A stretch of 32,158 bases of DNA from an uncultured archaeon (GCA_964388035.1 CAYLZE010000053.1:1-32158); one strand, 5' to 3'. Counted from the stretch's first letter, positions 1 through 10,496 are shown. The notes: generated by a model not told the origin, from the letters alone. Translations and numbers: made by a program.

Positions 1-1
1 A

Positions 2-697
2 TGCACGGGTTGCGGAAAATGCGTCATATCGTGCGCAGAAGGAGCTCTTGCTATCATGGATGGGAAAGCAAAAGTGATTAGTGAGGTATTTTGTGATGGT
101 TTGGGGGCTTGTATTGGAGAATGTCCGGAAGGCGCCCTTTCGATAGAAGAAAGGGAAGCTTACGAATTTAATGAAGAAGCGGTGGAGGATCATTTAGAAA
201 ATCTTCAATCTCAAGAAATCAGAGTTGAAGAACATGCTCACTCCTGTAATTGTCCCTCTTCGAGCCCTATTGTTTATGATACACCCTGGAATGAGACCGA
301 TATTTCTGAAGAGATCCCTTCGGCATTAAGACAATGGCCCACAAAATTGACTCTGGTAGATCCAAGAGCACCCTATTTTAATCAAGAGGAACTTCTTATC
401 ATTTCCGATTGTTCTTCGGTAGCTCATGGAGATTTCCACAGAAAATTCATGAAGGGAAAACCTTTAGTAACCATATGCCCCATGTTGAGTCTTGGTGAGA
501 GAGAATTACAAAAATTGGAAGAAATCTTAACATGTAATCCCATAAAACGCGTGGAATTAATCTTGATGGAAGTTGCGTGTTGTCAAAAATTAAAGCTGTT
601 TTTAGACCCGATATTGGCTAAAATAAATCGCCCCATCACCGTGGAAGAGAAAATCGTGAGTAGGGCGGGAAAACTAATCCGAACAGGAATTCTTTAA
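2..697 (+). CDS. 4Fe-4S dicluster (ferredoxin-type) iron-sulfur protein, 5'-truncated by the window edge
   Basis: The frame is open from base 2 and reads CTGCGKCVISCAEGALAIMDGKAK, in frame with track ORF 56..697. A second motif CDGLGACIGECP follows, plus a C-terminal domain with LRQWP..L and MEVACC. Confidence 0.85.
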   Translation, partial: CTGCGKCVISCAEGALAIMDGKAKVISEVFCDGLGACIGECPEGALSIEEREAYEFNEEAVEDHLENLQSQEIRVEEHAHSCNCPSSSPIVYDTPWNETDISEEIPSALRQWPTKLTLVDPRAPYFNQEELLIISDCSSVAHGDFHRKFMKGKPLVTICPMLSLGERELQKLEEILTCNPIKRVELILMEVACCQKLKLFLDPILAKINRPITVEEKIVSRAGKLIRTGIL

Positions 698-1347
698 GGT
701 TCGGTCATGATTTTTTTTTTAATGATTTTTCGCAACATGACGCTTAAACTGGATTTGGATTTCCCCAACTGATTAGCCAGTTCTTCAAGGGAAATTCTTC
801 GAGGAATTTCGAAAAAACCGGTTTCAATCGCTTTATTTAAGGTTGTTTCCTCTTCCAAATTTAGCTGATTTTCGGTAGCAGTGAGGTCATAAGGGGCATT
901 TCCTATTCTCAACAAGTCATATTTGATGCCTTTTTGATCAAACACTTTTAAAAGGTCAATAATCTTGGTTCTGTTAGAAATTAATTTCCAATAGGCATAT
1001 CCTTCTTTAACTCGCACGGGAAAATCAATTAACACGCCGCATTTGATCACGGCATAGAGTAAAAAAGGATCCTCTGTCTTGACATTAAACTTCACGCGCG
1101 TTTCATCTTGTTCTAAAATGTCAAAAGCATGAACCGAAGGATGCCTTTCTATTTCATCTATGATGTTCTTGATTTTATAGTGCTTTATTTCTACGACTGC
1201 ATTACCGATTGATTTTTCCAAATCAAAAGGCAAGAAATAAAAGATCTCCATGTGAACATCCTTGAAAGCATGGAATATGTGCGAGATCCAGATCTCTTCG
1301 GGAAATTTTATCTTTATCCGCGCGAGTGAGAGTTTATCTTCAGTCAT
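694..1347 (-). CDS. HTH-10 (bacterio-opsin activator-type) transcriptional regulator
   Basis: The C-terminal AIETGFFEIPRRISLEELANQLGKSKSSLSVMLRK matches the archaeal HTH-10 consensus (G[YF][YF]xxPR..L.ELA..LG.S.S). Confidence 0.85.
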   Translation of the reverse strand: MTEDKLSLARIKIKFPEEIWISHIFHAFKDVHMEIFYFLPFDLEKSIGNAVVEIKHYKIKNIIDEIERHPSVHAFDILEQDETRVKFNVKTEDPFLLYAVIKCGVLIDFPVRVKEGYAYWKLISNRTKIIDLLKVFDQKGIKYDLLRIGNAPYDLTATENQLNLEEETTLNKAIETGFFEIPRRISLEELANQLGKSKSSLSVMLRKIIKKKIMTEP

Positions 1348-1395
1348 TTTTTGATATCAAAAATACATCCTTATGCTAATAATATTCTATCCATG

Positions 1396-2502
1396 TTAAG
1401 GTCCTTTTTGCTTAGACTTTCTTTGCTTTTTTCCCATGAGATAGAGAATGCAACAACCTATATTACAGATAGACATTAGTCCTCTTTCTTTCATGTACTC
1501 TCTAAATGTCTTGTATTTGTCTGAATTCCAGATCTCCTCAAACGTATTGTAGTGTAAATTTCCTAATTTTAAATCGTAAAATACGTGACAAGGTGCGACA
1601 TCGCCCTCAGCAGTAATATCTACAGCTTTCCAGGGAGCCGGACAAGCCCGATACAAATCTACCATTCCGTTCCATTTTCCCGCATTATATGCTTCAAGAT
1701 TTCTGGGAGAAAACGTGGGGGGTAATAAGAGCACGTTCTTTCCCTTAGAGATGTAGTATTCCATGACCCGCGAGACTTGTCTTGCTAACTCCTTGTAATC
1801 CATGCTGCTAAAATCCCGGGGATCTTGCACTATTCCTTTCCAATCTTGAGTTTCTATATTGAATAATGTTTTCAGCATGTTGGCATATTCATTGCTCATT
1901 TCTTCTGTGATGAAATTCTGCATTTGAATCGATATCCAATCCACCATCTTCACATCGATGTCCTGGAGAAAAAACTGTTCAATGGAAAGATGATTCAGCG
2001 GTGTAATGGTGTATATGATGCTAAGGATTGGTTTCTTAGCATTTTTTTGTTGCTTTAATTCATGGAGGGTTCTCATTCCTTCCATGGCTTTATCATAAGA
2101 TCCTTTCCCTCGTTGTTTATCATTAATTTCTCGTGGACCGTCAAGCGAGACGCGAACATTATCAAATCCCGTTGAGATCAACATGGATGCTTTTTCTTTA
2201 AGCAAGGTACCGTTAGTGGGCGTGTCAACCACGGAGCCTGCCTGTTTTATCAGCAAGATAATGTCTTCCAACTGAGGGTGCGTGAGAGGTTCACCTCCAA
2301 AAAGACTATAATACGGTTTCACTGGCTTCAATTCCTCTATTAGTGATTTAACTAATTCATATTCCATGATAGCGGGTTTTTGATCGTGAATATTTTGACT
2401 ATAACATCCTTTTTCTCCCCAATAATAACACATTCTGCATCGAAGATTGCACATTTGTGTTAATTGGAGCGTCACATTTATGGGTAGGGGTTGCATATAC
2501 AT
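1396..2502 (-). CDS. Radical SAM protein with C-terminal SPASM/twitch domain
   Basis: CNLRCRMC (CxxxCxxC), GGEP, TNG and VSLDG motifs; C-terminal CPAPW...GDVAPC...LGNL...EEIWNS...CNIGCC. Confidence 0.9.
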   Translation of the reverse strand: MYMQPLPINVTLQLTQMCNLRCRMCYYWGEKGCYSQNIHDQKPAIMEYELVKSLIEELKPVKPYYSLFGGEPLTHPQLEDIILLIKQAGSVVDTPTNGTLLKEKASMLISTGFDNVRVSLDGPREINDKQRGKGSYDKAMEGMRTLHELKQQKNAKKPILSIIYTITPLNHLSIEQFFLQDIDVKMVDWISIQMQNFITEEMSNEYANMLKTLFNIETQDWKGIVQDPRDFSSMDYKELARQVSRVMEYYISKGKNVLLLPPTFSPRNLEAYNAGKWNGMVDLYRACPAPWKAVDITAEGDVAPCHVFYDLKLGNLHYNTFEEIWNSDKYKTFREYMKERGLMSICNIGCCILYLMGKKQRKSKQKGP

Positions 2503-2716
2503 TAGAAGAAAATTTACCTTGATTAATAATTTATGAAAAATGGTTTTAAATAATTAAATAATTTGATAGTTAACAAGTAATAGCAAAAAAATTACCACTT
2601 CAGTTTTTATGATTTATAGATCATTATAAACTAAAAATTTAAAATTCTGTATTGATATTATTACCTTAAGAAATAGAAGTTTACGATAAAAAAAATCACA
2701 TTATTATGAATTTAAT

Positions 2717-2721
2717 GGTGA
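2717..2721 (+). promoter_or_regulatory. Shine-Dalgarno-like GGTGA upstream of dnaK
   Basis: GGTGA lies 9 nt before the ATG at 2731, as for a typical archaeal ribosome-binding site. Confidence 0.5.
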
Positions 2722-2730
2722 AAAACATTC

Positions 2731-4731
2731 ATGAGTGAATCTGAAAAGCCTAAAAAAAAAGAAAAGATAATCGGAATAGATCTGGGAACATCAAATAGTG
2801 CATGCGCCGTCATGTCCGCTTTAGGAAAACCAGAAATAATTCCCGCCGCAGAAGGCAGGACATTAGGTGGAAAAGCTTTCCCATCTTATGTTGCTTTTGA
2901 CGAGACAGGTCGGAAAATTGTAGGTGAGCCCGCACGTCGGCAAGCAGTATCCAACCCAGACGGAACAATCACCGCAATAAAGAGAAAAATGGGCACGAGC
3001 TACATGGCTAAGGTTAAGGTGGGGCATGAGACCAAGGAATTCAGCCCAGAAGAAATTAGTGCCATGATTCTGAAGAAGATTAAAAACGATGCGTCCGCAT
3101 ATCTCGGGGAAGAAGTGAAAAAGGCAGTTATCACGGTTCCTGCCTATTTTAATGATGCACAGCGAACTTCTACTAAAAATGCAGGAGAAATAGCGGGATT
3201 AGAAGTCGTACGGATGATAAATGAACCGACAGCAGCTTGTTTGGCTTATGGTTTAGACAGGCAAACTAAAGAAAAGCTCTGGAAAATATGCGTGCTCGAT
3301 TTGGGTGGAGGTACGTTCGATATTACCCTCATGGAATATGGAGAAGGTGTAGTGGAAGTTTTATCAACAGCCGGAGATACCTTATTAGGAGGCACGGATA
3401 TGGATAATGTTTTAGTTGATTGGGTTGCTGAAGAGTTCAAAAAGAAAGAGGGTATAGATGTTAGAAAAGATAGCAAGGCACAAATTAGAGTTCGAGATGC
3501 AGTTGAAAAAGCCAAAATTGAGCTATCCACCACGCTAACGACATCAATCGACCTTCCTTATTTAAGTCAGAAAGAGGGAAATCCCATACATTTACAGATG
3601 GAAATCACTCGAGCAAAATTAGAACAATTAATTGAACCCATTTTGAAACGCTTAGATCCCATCATGCAACGTGCGATTTCCGATGCTAAACTTTCGGTTA
3701 CTGATGTAGACAAAGTAATCTTGGTTGGGGGCCCTACTCGAATGCCTTCTGTCCAAGAGCGATTCAGAAGGTTTTTTGGAAAAGAACCCGAGCATGGCGT
3801 GGATCCCATGGAATGCGTGGCTATTGGAGCCGCCATCCAAGCAGGAGTTATCGCGGGAGAAGTTGAAGATTTGCTCCTTTTAGATGTCACACCCTTATCA
3901 TTGGGTGTAGAAACATTAGGTGGGGTATTTACTAAACTAATTGAAAGAAACACTACCATACCAACGGAAAAACATCAAATATTCAGTACCGCTGTCGATA
4001 ATCAACCCGCAGTTACCATTAATGTACTTCAGGGAGAACGTGCCATGGCTAAGGATAACATCACATTAGGCATGTTCCATCTAACAGGAATTCCGCCAGC
4101 TCCAAGAGGCATTCCGCAAATTGAAGTTAAGTTTTCGATTGACGCTGACGGTATTGTTCATGTTATGGCTAAGGATTTAGGCACGGGAAAAGAAACGGGA
4201 ATCACCGTGACTGGAGCGAAAGGGTTATCACCTGAAGAAATTGATGAAAAAGTGAAGGTTGCAGAACAATACGAGGAAGAAGACAAGAAATTGCGAGAGT
4301 TAGTGGAAGCGAAAAACAACGCAGAGTCAATGATTTACCAGACCAGAAAATTGATGGATGATAATAAGGATAAAATCCAGCCAAATGAAAAGGAGGAAAT
4401 TGAAAAAGCAATCAAGGCTTTAGAAGAAGATATTAAAACAGATGATGCCCAACGGATCAAATCAGGAATTGAAAATCTACAAAAATCGATGTATAGCTTT
4501 TCCCAGAGAATTTATGCTGGTCAAGCACAAGATCAAGTATACCAACAAGCTGCAGAACAGGCACAACGAGCGGCTCAAGGTGGAATGGGAGGGGCACCCC
4601 CCGGAGGAATGGGAGGGGTTCCACCCGGTGGTGAAACGGGTTCAGAAGGAGGAGCAAGCTATAAATCGGGGAAGAAAGATAAGGATAAGGACGACAAAAA
4701 AGTTGTTGACGTTGATTGGGATGAGGATTAG
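2731..4731 (+). CDS. dnaK: Molecular chaperone DnaK (Hsp70)
   Basis: [45 protein letters not shown], the [13 protein letters not shown] linker and [11 protein letters not shown]. Confidence 0.99.
   Translation: MSESEKPKKKEKIIGIDLGTSNSACAVMSALGKPEIIPAAEGRTLGGKAFPSYVAFDETGRKIVGEPARRQAVSNPDGTITAIKRKMGTSYMAKVKVGHETKEFSPEEISAMILKKIKNDASAYLGEEVKKAVITVPAYFNDAQRTSTKNAGEIAGLEVVRMINEPTAACLAYGLDRQTKEKLWKICVLDLGGGTFDITLMEYGEGVVEVLSTAGDTLLGGTDMDNVLVDWVAEEFKKKEGIDVRKDSKAQIRVRDAVEKAKIELSTTLTTSIDLPYLSQKEGNPIHLQMEITRAKLEQLIEPILKRLDPIMQRAISDAKLSVTDVDKVILVGGPTRMPSVQERFRRFFGKEPEHGVDPMECVAIGAAIQAGVIAGEVEDLLLLDVTPLSLGVETLGGVFTKLIERNTTIPTEKHQIFSTAVDNQPAVTINVLQGERAMAKDNITLGMFHLTGIPPAPRGIPQIEVKFSIDADGIVHVMAKDLGTGKETGITVTGAKGLSPEEIDEKVKVAEQYEEEDKKLRELVEAKNNAESMIYQTRKLMDDNKDKIQPNEKEEIEKAIKALEEDIKTDDAQRIKSGIENLQKSMYSFSQRIYAGQAQDQVYQQAAEQAQRAAQGGMGGAPPGGMGGVPPGGETGSEGGASYKSGKKDKDKDDKKVVDVDWDED
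4579..4632 (+). repeat. Imperfect 24-nt tandem repeat encoding GGMGG(A/V)PP x2 in the DnaK tail
   Basis: ggtggaatgggaggggcacccccc / ggaggaatgggaggggttccaccc / ggtggt. Confidence 0.85.
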
Positions 4732-5190
4732 CCAAATGGATTGAATAGCTTAATATATTCCTTAGATTAATAGAGCTGATAGCTGAGTTAAGTAAAATCG
4801 CTTAACATTTTACTTTTTTTTATATTTATATTTATATTTAAAATATTATCCTAAAATATTATTCTTTTTTGCATATTCTGGTTCAGCGAGAATATAATGA
4901 CCATGATCATTGCTCTCACCAAGTAATATTATTTTTCAAATAATTTCAATTTCACAAATAATTTATATTCTTCGTTCCATATCCCATTGATATTGAATCT
5001 TGCACTATAAGAAGCCCATTTTATCAATTTTAATATTTTATATCTTTCTTACTTAGTTGTAATTTTTTTATGTACTTCAGATCATTATCTGGATCTTAAT
5101 AGACGCGTCGTTACAAGGTATTAATTATTTTCTAAAAAATCGAGGTTTTATTCCCATTTGATTGATATTTTTAAATCCTAATTATAAGCA

Positions 5191-6534
5191 TTATAAGAAA
5201 ACCATAAAAGCCAGATATCCGATCCCGATTAATACATGCAATAAAGAAAAGGTTGCTCCGACTTTAAATAGGCGCTTATAATTTAAATCTTTGACCTCAT
5301 TATCCTTACTGATTTGAAGAGTCATCATATCGGCGGCACTTCCTTGGGGCAAAAAATTTCCTCCCAAGTTAACTCCTAAGATGAAAGCTATAGTTAATGG
5401 TCCGCGTTGAAATTGCGGTAAACTGATGAGAATCCCGATGATTGGAATGAACATAACGGTGATGGGCATGTTGTCTAAGAATCCACTTGCTAAGGAAGTG
5501 ACGATTAATATGATAACCGCAAGCATGAATTCATCTTCACCGGAATAATTTTCTAACCATCTTTCAAAAATAGCTATCGTTCCGTTAATTTCCATTAAAG
5601 CGACGAAGATAAATAAACATATAAAAAAGAAAATGATGCGGTAATCTACTTTCTTTATATATTCAGAAATAGATATTCTATATTTTCCTGATTCACGTTT
5701 AACAGGATTAATTATTATAAATAATAAAGCCCCCAGAATTCCTGCAAGAAAAATAACAGGAATGAAAATCAAAAAGAAAATGAAAATAATTAAAGCGGCA
5801 ATGTTCCTATAAAAAATAGATTTTTCAACGGAAAAATCCTCTAAAACTGAGTTTAATTTACCTAACTCTGGAACACATACTTCTTCATTACATTTCCTTA
5901 TGTCTTTTTTTAAGATTAGGGTATCGAGAATAACTAAAGTAACTATAAAAGTAATAATAAAATATAAACCAATTCTGGTGATAAACCAAGAAAAATCTAA
6001 TCCAAAATCGGTTGCAATTAAGATATTTTGTGCAGAACCAAAGGGAGTCAATGTTGCAGCCAAATTTATACAGACGGTCATTCCTAATAAGTATGTTGCA
6101 GGGGTGATTTTTAATCTTCGACAAGCAAAAATGATAATAGGTCCAAAAATCATTGCAATTGTTAGATCTTCTACTATTGAAGCCATTAACGTGGATACAG
6201 TACAAATGACATAAAACAATTTACGTGGATTTTTTTGATAGCGATCAACAATTCGTTTTGCTATTTCATCAAAAATGTGCTTTTCTTTTAGGATTTCGAC
6301 AATTATAAACATTGCTATTAAGAAAAAAACAACATTCCACTCGATGGCATCGATATAAAATTGAAGTTCTCTAGCTTCTGGGATAAAGATGGCGGTTATT
6401 AGCGCTGCGATCGTAATTAATAATATCGAATAAAAAATATAGTCTTGTTCTTCGAAAAATAATACTATTACTAAGCCTATAAAACATCCAATAATGGTTA
6501 ATTGAAGGAATAAGATAGTGGATATCATACACAT
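5191..6534 (-). CDS. ArsB/NhaD (SLC13/ion transporter superfamily) permease
   Basis: About 12 hydrophobic segments; IEWNVVFFLIAMFII, NLAATLTPFGSAQNILI, VDYRIIFFFICLFIFV, SGFLDNMP and NLGGNFLPQGSAA motifs. Confidence 0.88.
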   Translation of the reverse strand: MCMISTILFLQLTIIGCFIGLVIVLFFEEQDYIFYSILLITIAALITAIFIPEARELQFYIDAIEWNVVFFLIAMFIIVEILKEKHIFDEIAKRIVDRYQKNPRKLFYVICTVSTLMASIVEDLTIAMIFGPIIIFACRRLKITPATYLLGMTVCINLAATLTPFGSAQNILIATDFGLDFSWFITRIGLYFIITFIVTLVILDTLILKKDIRKCNEEVCVPELGKLNSVLEDFSVEKSIFYRNIAALIIFIFFLIFIPVIFLAGILGALLFIIINPVKRESGKYRISISEYIKKVDYRIIFFFICLFIFVALMEINGTIAIFERWLENYSGEDEFMLAVIILIVTSLASGFLDNMPITVMFIPIIGILISLPQFQRGPLTIAFILGVNLGGNFLPQGSAADMMTLQISKDNEVKDLNYKRLFKVGATFSLLHVLIGIGYLAFMVFL

Positions 6535-6727
6535 TTTTAAACGTTAACTTTTTTTTAAACTTTTTTTATTTAGTTGTTTGATAACTCATACATGGAATTA
6601 ATCTTTTATCCCAGATTTACGCATCTCTTTGAATAGCAAATAAAAAAGAAATATTCTTCCGTCTCTAAAGATTTTTATCCCTACTAAAATTAAGGGTATT
6701 GTATATCATTCTTAAAATTGAAGAATC

Positions 6728-7921
6728 ATGAATTTTGATGTGATTATTTCTGGTGCAGGACCCTCTGGTTGTAGATGTGCTCAAACGTTATGTGAGAAAG
6801 GATATAAAGTAGCGCTATTAGAACGGGATTCGCAGTGGAGAAAACCATGTGGGGGTGCCGTGAGTGCTCGAATCATGTCAAAATATTATCCCGAGTTAAA
6901 CAAGCTAAACTTTCTGCGATTAACGGGCGCTTCCATGTTTTCGGCTAGTTTTCATGAACTGAATTACATTTGGGGAGATTATGGAACGGATTCATTAATT
7001 GTAGATCGTTTAGAATTCGATAATTTTCTTAGAGAAAGAGCTATTGATGCTGGGGCAGATTTATTTGATAAAAATCTTAGTTTTGATTTTATTCATGAAG
7101 GAGAAAAGAAAACGGGTGTAAAAACAAAAACCAAATCGGGAATCAAAGAATATCGCGGAAAAATCATCATAATCGCAGATGGAATGAGTTCCAAACTTGC
7201 TTTGAGATCGGGATTGAGAAAAAAATGGCAGAGTAAAGAGATCGGAATGGCCAAATGTAGCATTTTAAAGGGACAAAATTTACTGGATAAAAGTAGAATG
7301 TACTTATACTTTAGAGCATATAAAGGATATGGATGGATATTTCCGTTGAGCGAGAATCGCGTAAATATTGGATGCGGAACCTTTGAAGAAGATAATTTAC
7401 AATATAATTTAAACAACATTAATGAGCAATTTCTCAACGAACCTCATATTAAAAGCTTTTTTCCTAACAAGGATTACGAAGAGATTTGGAGTGGAGCGTT
7501 TCCTCTTCCATCGAAGGGAGTTAAAGAAGACTGCCTTTTTGGAGAGAATTTATTAATGATTGGGGATGCAGCAGGATTTGTTTCGCCCATAAGCGGAGAA
7601 GGAATCCATGCCAGTATTGTTTCGGGTCAAATTGCTGCGGAAACTGCAATTAATGCCTTAGAACTGAATGATTTCAGTGAAAAATCATTAAAATCTTTTA
7701 AAAATCATCCAAACATCAAAAAGATTATTATGAATTTCAAGTTAAAGCACCGCATGGTGGAATTTTTTTATGAAAATAATGGTGCTAATCTCAATACCAT
7801 GTTTCAATTAGCCGAAAAGGATGAAAAATTCAGAACTCAAGTAATAAACATGTTTTTCTTTAACTCAGTTCCTTCAAAAGAGTTTTTTGAAAGAATTAGA
7901 GGTGACGAGTCCTATTTATAA
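6728..7921 (+). CDS. Geranylgeranyl reductase family FAD-dependent oxidoreductase
   Basis: DVIISGAGPSG, KPCGGAV, DRLEFD, ADG, GYGWIFP and IGDAAGFVSPISGEGI motifs. Confidence 0.92.
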   Translation: MNFDVIISGAGPSGCRCAQTLCEKGYKVALLERDSQWRKPCGGAVSARIMSKYYPELNKLNFLRLTGASMFSASFHELNYIWGDYGTDSLIVDRLEFDNFLRERAIDAGADLFDKNLSFDFIHEGEKKTGVKTKTKSGIKEYRGKIIIIADGMSSKLALRSGLRKKWQSKEIGMAKCSILKGQNLLDKSRMYLYFRAYKGYGWIFPLSENRVNIGCGTFEEDNLQYNLNNINEQFLNEPHIKSFFPNKDYEEIWSGAFPLPSKGVKEDCLFGENLLMIGDAAGFVSPISGEGIHASIVSGQIAAETAINALELNDFSEKSLKSFKNHPNIKKIIMNFKLKHRMVEFFYENNGANLNTMFQLAEKDEKFRTQVINMFFFNSVPSKEFFERIRGDESYL

Positions 7922-7978
7922 GTTCAAATTTTAAAAAATTAAATAAAATTTTCAAACGCACTATCATTTTGTAAATTC

Positions 7979-8227
7979 ATGCCATCTTTAAAAAATCACG
8001 TTCTTAAGATTGGACCAAAGGGAGAAATCCTTCCTCCAAAAGAAATATTAGAAGAATTAGGTTTATATCCTAATCAAGCAATTTTATTGACAGTTCAGAA
8101 AGATAGTTTAATAATCAGAAAAATTCCTTCTTTAGAGAGTATTCTGAGTACCCCGCCAAAAGTAAAACTTAGTTATCATGCGTGGAAACAATTTAAAAAG
8201 GAATTGTCAGAAGAAATAGAAAAATGA
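7979..8227 (+). CDS. AbrB/MazE/SpoVT family DNA-binding protein (antitoxin-like)
   Basis: KIGPKGEILPPKEILEELGLYPNQAILLTVQKDSLIIRK fits the swapped-hairpin consensus; 82 aa. Confidence 0.8.
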   Translation: MPSLKNHVLKIGPKGEILPPKEILEELGLYPNQAILLTVQKDSLIIRKIPSLESILSTPPKVKLSYHAWKQFKKELSEEIEK

Positions 8228-8270
8228 TTTGATAAAAAAGTTAAACTTTAATTTTGAAAATAATTCTGAT

Positions 8271-8471
8271 TCAAATTACTTTTTTAAGGAAGTTCACCCT
8301 TATGACCACATTACCTTTTTTATGCCCAAATCCAACATATCTATGAGCATCAACAATTTTTTCGATGCTATTTTGTTTATCTATGACGGGTTTGATTTTC
8401 TCTGCTTCAATTAGCTCTTTGAGGAAAATTAAATCTTCGGGATTATCCGATGCAGTTCCTCTGCTATCCAT
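8271..8471 (-). pseudogene. C-terminal remnant of a zinc-binding/NAD(P)-dependent alcohol dehydrogenase (MDR family)
   Basis: [46 protein letters not shown] resembles the MDR C-terminus (L..LIE.GKIKPVID..Y.LE....AH.Y...GH.KG.VVI). The N-terminal domains are absent. Confidence 0.75.
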
Positions 8472-8868
8472 GTTTCTAACCTCAAATTTTTCAGAACGGA
8501 TTTTTTATGGGCCATACATGCTATATTGAATCCAAAGCATATTCTAAGTAAAAATATATTATAAAGTTTATATTGTACAATTTATAAAAGCGGTCAACTC
8601 TTTTTTTAGAGCAAATTCGAGAAAAAAATAAATAATTTATTCTTGAGAATTCTCAATCATTACCATATGACTTTTGAAAAAAAACTAATCAATTCATATT
8701 TTAGGATTTAAGCAGAAAATTTTTTTGTTTTCCCGTATTTCCCCTTTTAAAGTAAGGTTGCATTTTAATAGATTTTTAACAATTAGGTTATAACAAAAAT
8801 TTTATTTTAAAAAGGATTTTACTTTATAGACATTTAATTACCAAGTTTAAAGAAAGACGTGCTGAAAA

Positions 8869-10002
8869 ATGAGTGGATCTAATAAAAGAGATTACTATGA
8901 GGTATTGGGAGTAGACAAGGATGCCACCGAAGATCAAATTAAACTAGCCTATCGTAGATTAGCTAAAAAATTACATCCCGATATTAACAAAACGGACCCA
9001 AATGCCAAGGAAAAATTCATCGAACTGCAAGAAGCTTATGAAGTTCTATCGGATGCAGATAAACGAAGAAACTATGACCAATTTGGTTTTAGCGGGGTGA
9101 ATGTGGACATGAGTGATTTCTTCAGCGGAGGTATTCCCGGGATTGATGAATTATTTAAATCTATTTTTGGAGGAGGAGGAGGTTTTGGGGGTTTTGGTGA
9201 CATTTTTGGAGGTTTTGGTTCTAGGAGCAGGGGACGCAGCCAACCGCGTCGAGAGGTAGGGCAAGATTTAGAGGACATCGTAGAAATTTCTTTCGAGGAG
9301 GCGATGTTCGGAGTAAAAAAGGATGTAGAAATTCAAAGATATGTTCCTTGTGATGAGTGTGAAGGCACGGGTGCCAAGGATCCTTCCAGCATGCGTCAAT
9401 GTTCAGAATGCCAGGGAACGGGACGTTTCAGAAAAATGACCCAATCCGGGTTCGGAACTATCATTCGCGAAACAGAATGTCCTTATTGCGGGGGAACCGG
9501 ACAAATTATCGGAGAAAAATGTCCGGTATGTGGCGGAAGCAAGGTAGTCCCAGAAAATAAGAAAATACACGTTAATATTCCCCCAGGAGTAGAGGATGGT
9601 GTTCATTTAAAAGTTCAAGGAGCAGGACACGTCCCTTCTTCGAATGCAATCCCCGGAGATCTCTATTTAAGAATCAGTGTTGAGCCTAATCCAAATTTCA
9701 TGCGGCGGGGAAATGATCTATACACCATGGTAAATATCGATTTTGTAGATGCCATTTTAGGAATCACCATCATGGTTCCCACCTTGGATTATAAAAACGA
9801 GAAAATTATTGAAAAGGAGCTAAATATCCCTGCCGGAACTCAGCATGGCCAAGAGTTCAGAATTAAAAACCACGGTGCAAGTTATTTAAGAGGGCGAGGT
9901 AAAGGAGATCAATATGTTAAAGTTAATATTATTATTCCGGATAAAATATCAAAAAGACAACGAGAGCTTTTAAAACAATATAAAGAAGCGCAGAATGAAT
10001 AA
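8869..10002 (+). CDS. dnaJ: Chaperone DnaJ (class A Hsp40)
   Basis: J-domain with DYYEVLGV and HPD, a G/F-rich region, and four zinc-finger repeats ([32 protein letters not shown]). Confidence 0.98.
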   Translation: MSGSNKRDYYEVLGVDKDATEDQIKLAYRRLAKKLHPDINKTDPNAKEKFIELQEAYEVLSDADKRRNYDQFGFSGVNVDMSDFFSGGIPGIDELFKSIFGGGGGFGGFGDIFGGFGSRSRGRSQPRREVGQDLEDIVEISFEEAMFGVKKDVEIQRYVPCDECEGTGAKDPSSMRQCSECQGTGRFRKMTQSGFGTIIRETECPYCGGTGQIIGEKCPVCGGSKVVPENKKIHVNIPPGVEDGVHLKVQGAGHVPSSNAIPGDLYLRISVEPNPNFMRRGNDLYTMVNIDFVDAILGITIMVPTLDYKNEKIIEKELNIPAGTQHGQEFRIKNHGASYLRGRGKGDQYVKVNIIIPDKISKRQRELLKQYKEAQNE

Positions 10003-10031
10003 TTTCTTCTCGCTAAATATTCTCTTTTTCT

Positions 10032-10496
10032 TTAAATTCCTGAAATTTTTCCCGTCATTTCTGAAATCTCAATTTTTATTAATAATACCTTCTTAAACGA
10101 TTTTTCCTCATATTCAAATTCAGTCCCCTCTAAATAATGATTCATGATGATATCTAAAACCTTCTTTTTCTCTGCAGCATCATCAATAAAGAATGCCTTT
10201 CCTTTTCCCATCACGCTACGATATTGCATTGTACCCGAGCAGGGAGAGCTTGCGTCTTTAATTAATCGTGCATCCACATCAACCTCAAAATAAACATTAT
10301 TATTAGATCTTAACATTTGTATCTTTTTCCCTTCCGGAGTAGAATGAAAATAAAGAGTATTTTCGGCATATCCGTAATTGACAGGGACTATATAAGGCAT
10401 GTTATTTTCTGATAGTGCAATCCGGCAGACGAGCGCTTTATGCAAAATTTCTTCCATTTTTCCTCGATCCGTTATTTCTTTATCTTTTCTTCGCAT
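10032..10496 (-). CDS. Pyridoxamine 5'-phosphate oxidase-like flavin-binding protein (NimA family)
   Basis: MRRKDKEI, PYIVPVNYGY, LYFHS..EGKK, YRSVMGKG and MTGK motifs. Confidence 0.9.
   Translation of the reverse strand: MRRKDKEITDRGKMEEILHKALVCRIALSENNMPYIVPVNYGYAENTLYFHSTPEGKKIQMLRSNNNVYFEVDVDARLIKDASSPCSGTMQYRSVMGKGKAFFIDDAAEKKKVLDIIMNHYLEGTEFEYEEKSFKKVLLIKIEISEMTGKISGI

Noticed and set aside
3246-4744. Several antisense and alternate-frame ORFs inside dnaK
   Set aside because: They are shadow ORFs of a conserved gene. Antisense frames opposite dnaK are a known artefact, and here they are fragmented.
4821-4863. TATATT x3 and duplicated AAAATATTAT after dnaK
   Set aside because: This is low-complexity AT sequence. 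There are no spacers or regular period, so it is not a CRISPR array.
4847-4940. Minus-strand stretch reading KIILLGES, like a small GTPase N-terminus
   Set aside because: No GxGK(S/T) follows, there is no start codon, and the frame is short.
8229-8414. ORF directly after the AbrB gene as a candidate toxin
   Set aside because: It has no PIN or RelE features and is mostly antisense to the dehydrogenase remnant.
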